Shown here: positions 10,810 to 17,515 of the stretch, piece by piece
How the letters are laid out: every line of letters starts with the position of its first letter
Position numbering within the stretch: the first letter of the stretch is position 1
Origin: a virus
Taxonomy: Duplodnaviria > Heunggongvirae > Uroviricota > Caudoviricetes
Virus record (IMG/VR): IMGVR_UViG_2554235124_000002
Reading direction: 5' to 3' (one strand)
Length of the DNA: 17,515 nucleotides
The notes under the pieces: generated by a model
Databases searched by the model: none
The model's input: the letters and a program-made list of their open reading frames with translations, nothing else
Told to the model about the DNA's origin: nothing
Position numbers and translations under genes: made by a program

Positions 10810-11835
10810 TTACGCCAGTTGAACGGACACGAACTCATCAGGATCAGCCAGCAGCATCAGCGGTGCTGACTGAATCATGGTGAACTCACGCGCCGGATCG
10901 CCGGAGGTCACCCAGTTTTTCGGATAACGGGCAGACGCATTAATACCCTCACGCAATGCATCCGCATCCTGAATACAGCCATAGGTGCGCAGACCGCGAG
11001 CATGAGTGTTACCCAGCACCATCGTGTTGTCCGGCAGGAAGTTCTTTTTGACGCCGTTTTCCACGTACTGTCCGGAATACACGACGATGGCCACATCGCC
11101 ATACATTCCCTTATAAGACACCGCTTTGCCCAAGTCTTTTACCGCTGTCTCCAGCTCGGAATGAGAGCCGCGACGGGTATCCAGCTTCTCCCTGACGGCT
11201 TTGAAGGAACGGAACAGCGCCCAGCCTTTCGGATCAAACACGATGATATTCACCACACCGCTGGCGTTCAGCGCGTAGGCTTCGATATCGTCGGTCGGAT
11301 CATACGTGGACTTGTCACGCTTGCTCCACTCCGTGCCGCCGGACTGCGTGATGTTATTCGCCGCACTGCGGCCCATATCCACCTCAACCGGATCGAAGGC
11401 TTCACCAGTCATGGTATATTTGCCCTTAAGCACGGCAGAAACGGCCTGCATCTCTTCGACCTGAGCAATCGCCAGATCTTCATCAAGCATATTCTGCAGA
11501 ATAATACGACGACGACGGTAAGCCGGGTCAGCCAGATTCTGCGGATCTTCATCCGGCAGGCGACGCAGGGTCATCTGCGGATTCACCTCATGCTTGGGTT
11601 TGACATAACCCGGCGTAAATTCAGAGGTGGAGCCGCCACGGGAGCGGATAACCTCACCGGAAACAATCGGCGAAACGTACAGCGCCATGTTTACCAGTCC
11701 CGGAATTTGTGAGAGATAGACTTTCTCCGTAGTGAAAGGATAGCTCTCACGGAAAAACAGACGCAGAAACAGCGGATCAAACTTAAAGTGATGCTCAGTC
11801 GACGCCAGCAACTCGGCGGTTGTATACACAGACAT
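10810..11835 (-). CDS. E: Major capsid protein E
   Basis: Track ORF 10810..11862 (350 aa); lambda gpE homology begins at the internal Met MSVYTTAELLASTEHHFKFDPLFLRLFFRESYPFTTEKVYLSQIPGLVNMALYVSP..., giving 341 aa as in lambda and a 55 nt D-E gap as in lambda; ATG read at 11833-11835. Confidence 0.92.
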   Translation of the reverse strand: MSVYTTAELLASTEHHFKFDPLFLRLFFRESYPFTTEKVYLSQIPGLVNMALYVSPIVSGEVIRSRGGSTSEFTPGYVKPKHEVNPQMTLRRLPDEDPQNLADPAYRRRRIILQNMLDEDLAIAQVEEMQAVSAVLKGKYTMTGEAFDPVEVDMGRSAANNITQSGGTEWSKRDKSTYDPTDDIEAYALNASGVVNIIVFDPKGWALFRSFKAVREKLDTRRGSHSELETAVKDLGKAVSYKGMYGDVAIVVYSGQYVENGVKKNFLPDNTMVLGNTHARGLRTYGCIQDADALREGINASARYPKNWVTSGDPAREFTMIQSAPLMLLADPDEFVSVQLA

Positions 11836-11848
11836 AAAAAAATCCCAT

Positions 11849-11870
11849 AAAAAAAGCCGCACAGGCGGCC
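11849..11870 (-). terminator. Terminator-like hairpin in the D-E gap: sense GCCGC-CUGU-GCGGC followed by U7
   Basis: Plus 11849-11869 is aaaaaaa gccgc acag gcggc. On the sense (minus) strand this is a 5 bp all-GC stem with a 4 nt loop, followed directly by seven U, then AUGGGA, a second U7, and the E AUG. Confidence 0.45.
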
Positions 11871-11890
11871 TTTAGTGATGAAGGGGAAAA

Positions 11891-12223
11891 TTAAACGATG
11901 CTGATTGCCGTTCCGGCAAACGCGGTCCGTTTTTTAGTCTCGTCGCTGGCAGCCTCCGGCCAGAGCACATCCTCATAACGGAACGAGCCGGACTTGTAGA
12001 ACGTCAGTGTGGTGCTGGTCTGGTCAGCAGCAACCGCAAGAATGCCAACGGCAGCACCGTCGGTGGTGCCATCCCACACAACCAGCTTACGGGTAGAGCC
12101 ATCCAGCATCAGCGGGGTCATTGCAGGCGCTTTCGCACTCAATCCGCCAGGCGCAATTGCGGTATGAGCCGGATCACTGTTACCCAGCGGCTGGTAATGG
12201 GTAAACGCTTCTTTGCTCGCCAT
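11891..12223 (-). CDS. D: Capsid decoration protein D
   Basis: Track ORF 11891..12232 (113 aa); lambda gpD homology (110 aa) starts at the internal Met [43 protein letters not shown]..., which places the start 9 nt after the C stop, as in lambda. Confidence 0.88.
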   Translation of the reverse strand: MASKEAFTHYQPLGNSDPAHTAIAPGGLSAKAPAMTPLMLDGSTRKLVVWDGTTDGAAVGILAVAADQTSTTLTFYKSGSFRYEDVLWPEAASDETKKRTAFAGTAISIV

Positions 12224-12232
12224 AACTGCCAC

Positions 12233-12640
12233 TTATACCCGTAAAGCTTCAGGTGTATTAAGCAAATCGTTAACGGCATCAGATGCCAGGTTACCTGCAG
12301 CCAGCGGTGCCGGTGCACCCTGCATCAGACGATCCAGCGCAGTGTCACTGCGCGCCTGTGCACTCTGTGGTGCTGCAGCCAGAATGCGGCGGGCCGTTTC
12401 CACGGTCATTCCGGGGGTTTCTGCCAGAACGCGCGCCTGTTCTTCGCGTCCGTGAGCCTCCTCACAGTTGAGGATCCCCATAATGCGGCTGTTTTCTGCC
12501 GCAACCGCTGCGGTGATCTGCGCGTTCACGTCCGGCTGCGCCGCGCTGGCGTTTTCGCCCTCCGTCGCTGGCACCACGTCAGTAACGTCAGCCTGCGAAG
12601 CAGTGGCTGAAACAGTTGTTGATTGAGTCTCTTTGGTCAT
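12233..12640 (-). CDS. Nu3: Scaffolding protein Nu3, in-frame nested gene within the 3' part of C (internal start)
   Basis: In-frame internal ATG at 12638-12640 (MTKETQSTTVSATASQADVTDVVPATEGENASAAQPD...) preceded by a strong AGGAGG at 12645-12650 with a 4 nt spacer. Product is about 135 aa, acidic and Ala/Gln-rich, typical of a disordered scaffold. Lambda encodes Nu3 nested in C in this way. Exact start is uncertain; in-frame Mets further upstream (about 12832 and 12850) lack a good Shine-Dalgarno. Confidence 0.55.
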   Translation of the reverse strand: MTKETQSTTVSATASQADVTDVVPATEGENASAAQPDVNAQITAAVAAENSRIMGILNCEEAHGREEQARVLAETPGMTVETARRILAAAPQSAQARSDTALDRLMQGAPAPLAAGNLASDAVNDLLNTPEALRV

Positions 12641-13544
12641 TCGCCCTCCTGAGAGACGGGATTTACGTGCATCCAGTGCATCACGCATGACGGTGATCGC
12701 ATCGGTGCTGTTAACAAGTTCATCAGCCAGTCCGGCATCAATGGCCTCCTGACCGCTGTACACTGCAGCCTCGGTATCCAGCACAGCCTGCACGGACAGG
12801 CCGGTATATGCCGACACCTTCTGCGCAAACATCCGGCGGGTTGCATCCATCCGGGACTGCAGTGTCTCCCGGACATCATCCGGAAGATGGCTGTAGGGGT
12901 TGCCATCCACCTTATGGCTGCCGCTGTAAATCAGCGTGATTTCCACGCCCTGTTTCTCCAGCGCAGCACCGTAATTACTGTGAGCCATCATGACGCCGAT
13001 GGAGCCTGTCCGGGCGGTCTGCGTGACCAGACGCCGGGAGGCGGCGCTGGCAAGCAGCTGACCTGCACTGCAGTTCATGTCGTTGGCCAGCGCCCATACC
13101 GGCTTTATGTCACGCACACGGGCGATGATGTCAGCACAGTCAAATGCTCCCGCCACCATCCCGCCCGGCGTGTCCATATCCAGCAGAATGCCGTCCACCA
13201 TCGGATCGCTGGCAGCCTGTTGCAGACGGGCGATAATGCCGTTGTAACCGGTCATCCCCGAATACGGCTGCAGCGCCCGCGTCCGGCTGACCAGCGTACC
13301 GGACACCGGCAGCACGGCGATGCCGTTCATGACCTGATAACTGCGGGCCTGTCGTGGTCCGTCATCATCACCGGATAACGCCAGCGCCGCAAGTGCCTCC
13401 TGGGCAGTCAGGCTGTCGCCGGACACCGCATCCGTCAGGCGGCTGATCCCAAGCTGGCCTGCAAGCGCACAAAAGAAAACCCGCGCATAGGCGGGTTCAA
13501 GCATCAGCGGCTCATTAAAGGCCATGCTGGCAATATGCGGGAGA

Positions 13545-13564
<20 letters not shown>
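12233..13564 (-). CDS. C: Capsid assembly (prohead) protease C, S49/ClpP-like serine protease family
   Basis: Track ORF 12233..13699 (488 aa) extends upstream inside B. Lambda gpC homology begins at VTAELRNLPHIASMAFNEPLMLEPAYARVFFCALAGQ..., i.e. a GTG at 13562-13564 that overlaps the 3' end of B by 20 nt as in lambda. This gives 443 codons against the 439 I remember for lambda, so the start or a small indel is uncertain. Confidence 0.8.
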
Positions 13565-17245
<3,681 letters not shown>

Positions 17246-17271
<26 letters not shown>

Positions 17272-17515
17272 TCAGCAACCCCGGTATCAGTTCATCCAGC
17301 GCGGCTGCTTTGTTCATGGCTTTGATGATATCCCGTTTCAGGAAATCAACATGTCGGTTTTCCAGTTCCGGAAAACGCCGCTGCACCGACAGGGGGATCC
17401 CGTCGAGAATACTGGCAATTTCACCTGCGATCCGCGACAGCACGAAAGTACAGAATGCGGTTTCCACCACTTCAGCGGAGTCTCTGGCATTTTTCAGCTC
17501 CTGTGCGTCGGCCTG
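17246..17515 (-). CDS. Nu1: Terminase small subunit Nu1, C-terminal part only; the 5' end of the gene lies beyond the window end
   Basis: Track ORF 17246..17470 gives ...VETAFCTFVLSRIAGEIASILDGIPLSVQRRFPELENRHVDFLKRDIIKAMNKAAALDELIPGLLSEYIEQSG-stop, matching the lambda gpNu1 C-terminus from memory. The frame stays open to the window edge. A full 181 aa Nu1 would start about 275 nt past the window end, so cosB and cosN are not in the window. Confidence 0.88.

Noticed and set aside
11002-11712. 236 aa plus-strand ORF
   Set aside because: Antisense to major capsid gene E; rejected for the same reason.
12224-12232. 5' extensions of the D, E, FI and V track ORFs (113, 350, 144 and 256 aa)
   Set aside because: In each case the homology to the lambda protein starts at an internal Met (at 12223, 11835, 10768 and 9018 respectively) that also reproduces the lambda intergenic spacing; the extensions are just open frame upstream of the real start.
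12637-12906. 89 aa minus-strand ORF overlapping C/Nu3 in a different frame
   Set aside because: Cys/Arg/Pro-rich out-of-frame translation within a well-supported gene; no Shine-Dalgarno and no domain.

Overview
The whole 17.5 kb window is the late (virion morphogenesis) operon of a lambda-like siphovirus, most likely a prophage in an enterobacterial genome, and I found no novel system in it. Every real gene is on the minus strand, in the order Nu1 (partial, runs off the window end), A, W, B, C with nested Nu3, D, E, FI, FII, Z, U, V, G, G-T, H, M, L, K, I, J (partial, runs off the window start). Gene lengths, overlaps and intergenic spacings match phage lambda as I remember it, while the proteins carry scattered substitutions, so this is a close relative rather than lambda itself. 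There are no inserted moron genes, tRNAs, IS elements, CRISPR arrays or host genes; cos and att lie outside the window. The most notable observations are two frameshift lesions in the adjacent tail-tip assembly genes K and I, which are either real inactivating mutations (defective prophage) or assembly errors. Also present are the conserved G-T programmed -1 slippery heptamer and three terminator-like stem-loops in intercistronic gaps (I/J, E/FI, D/E). All homology calls are from my memory of lambda protein sequences; no database search was run. Coordinates derive from the supplied ORF track, with true starts adjusted by homology. The track appears to accept GTG/TTG starts.
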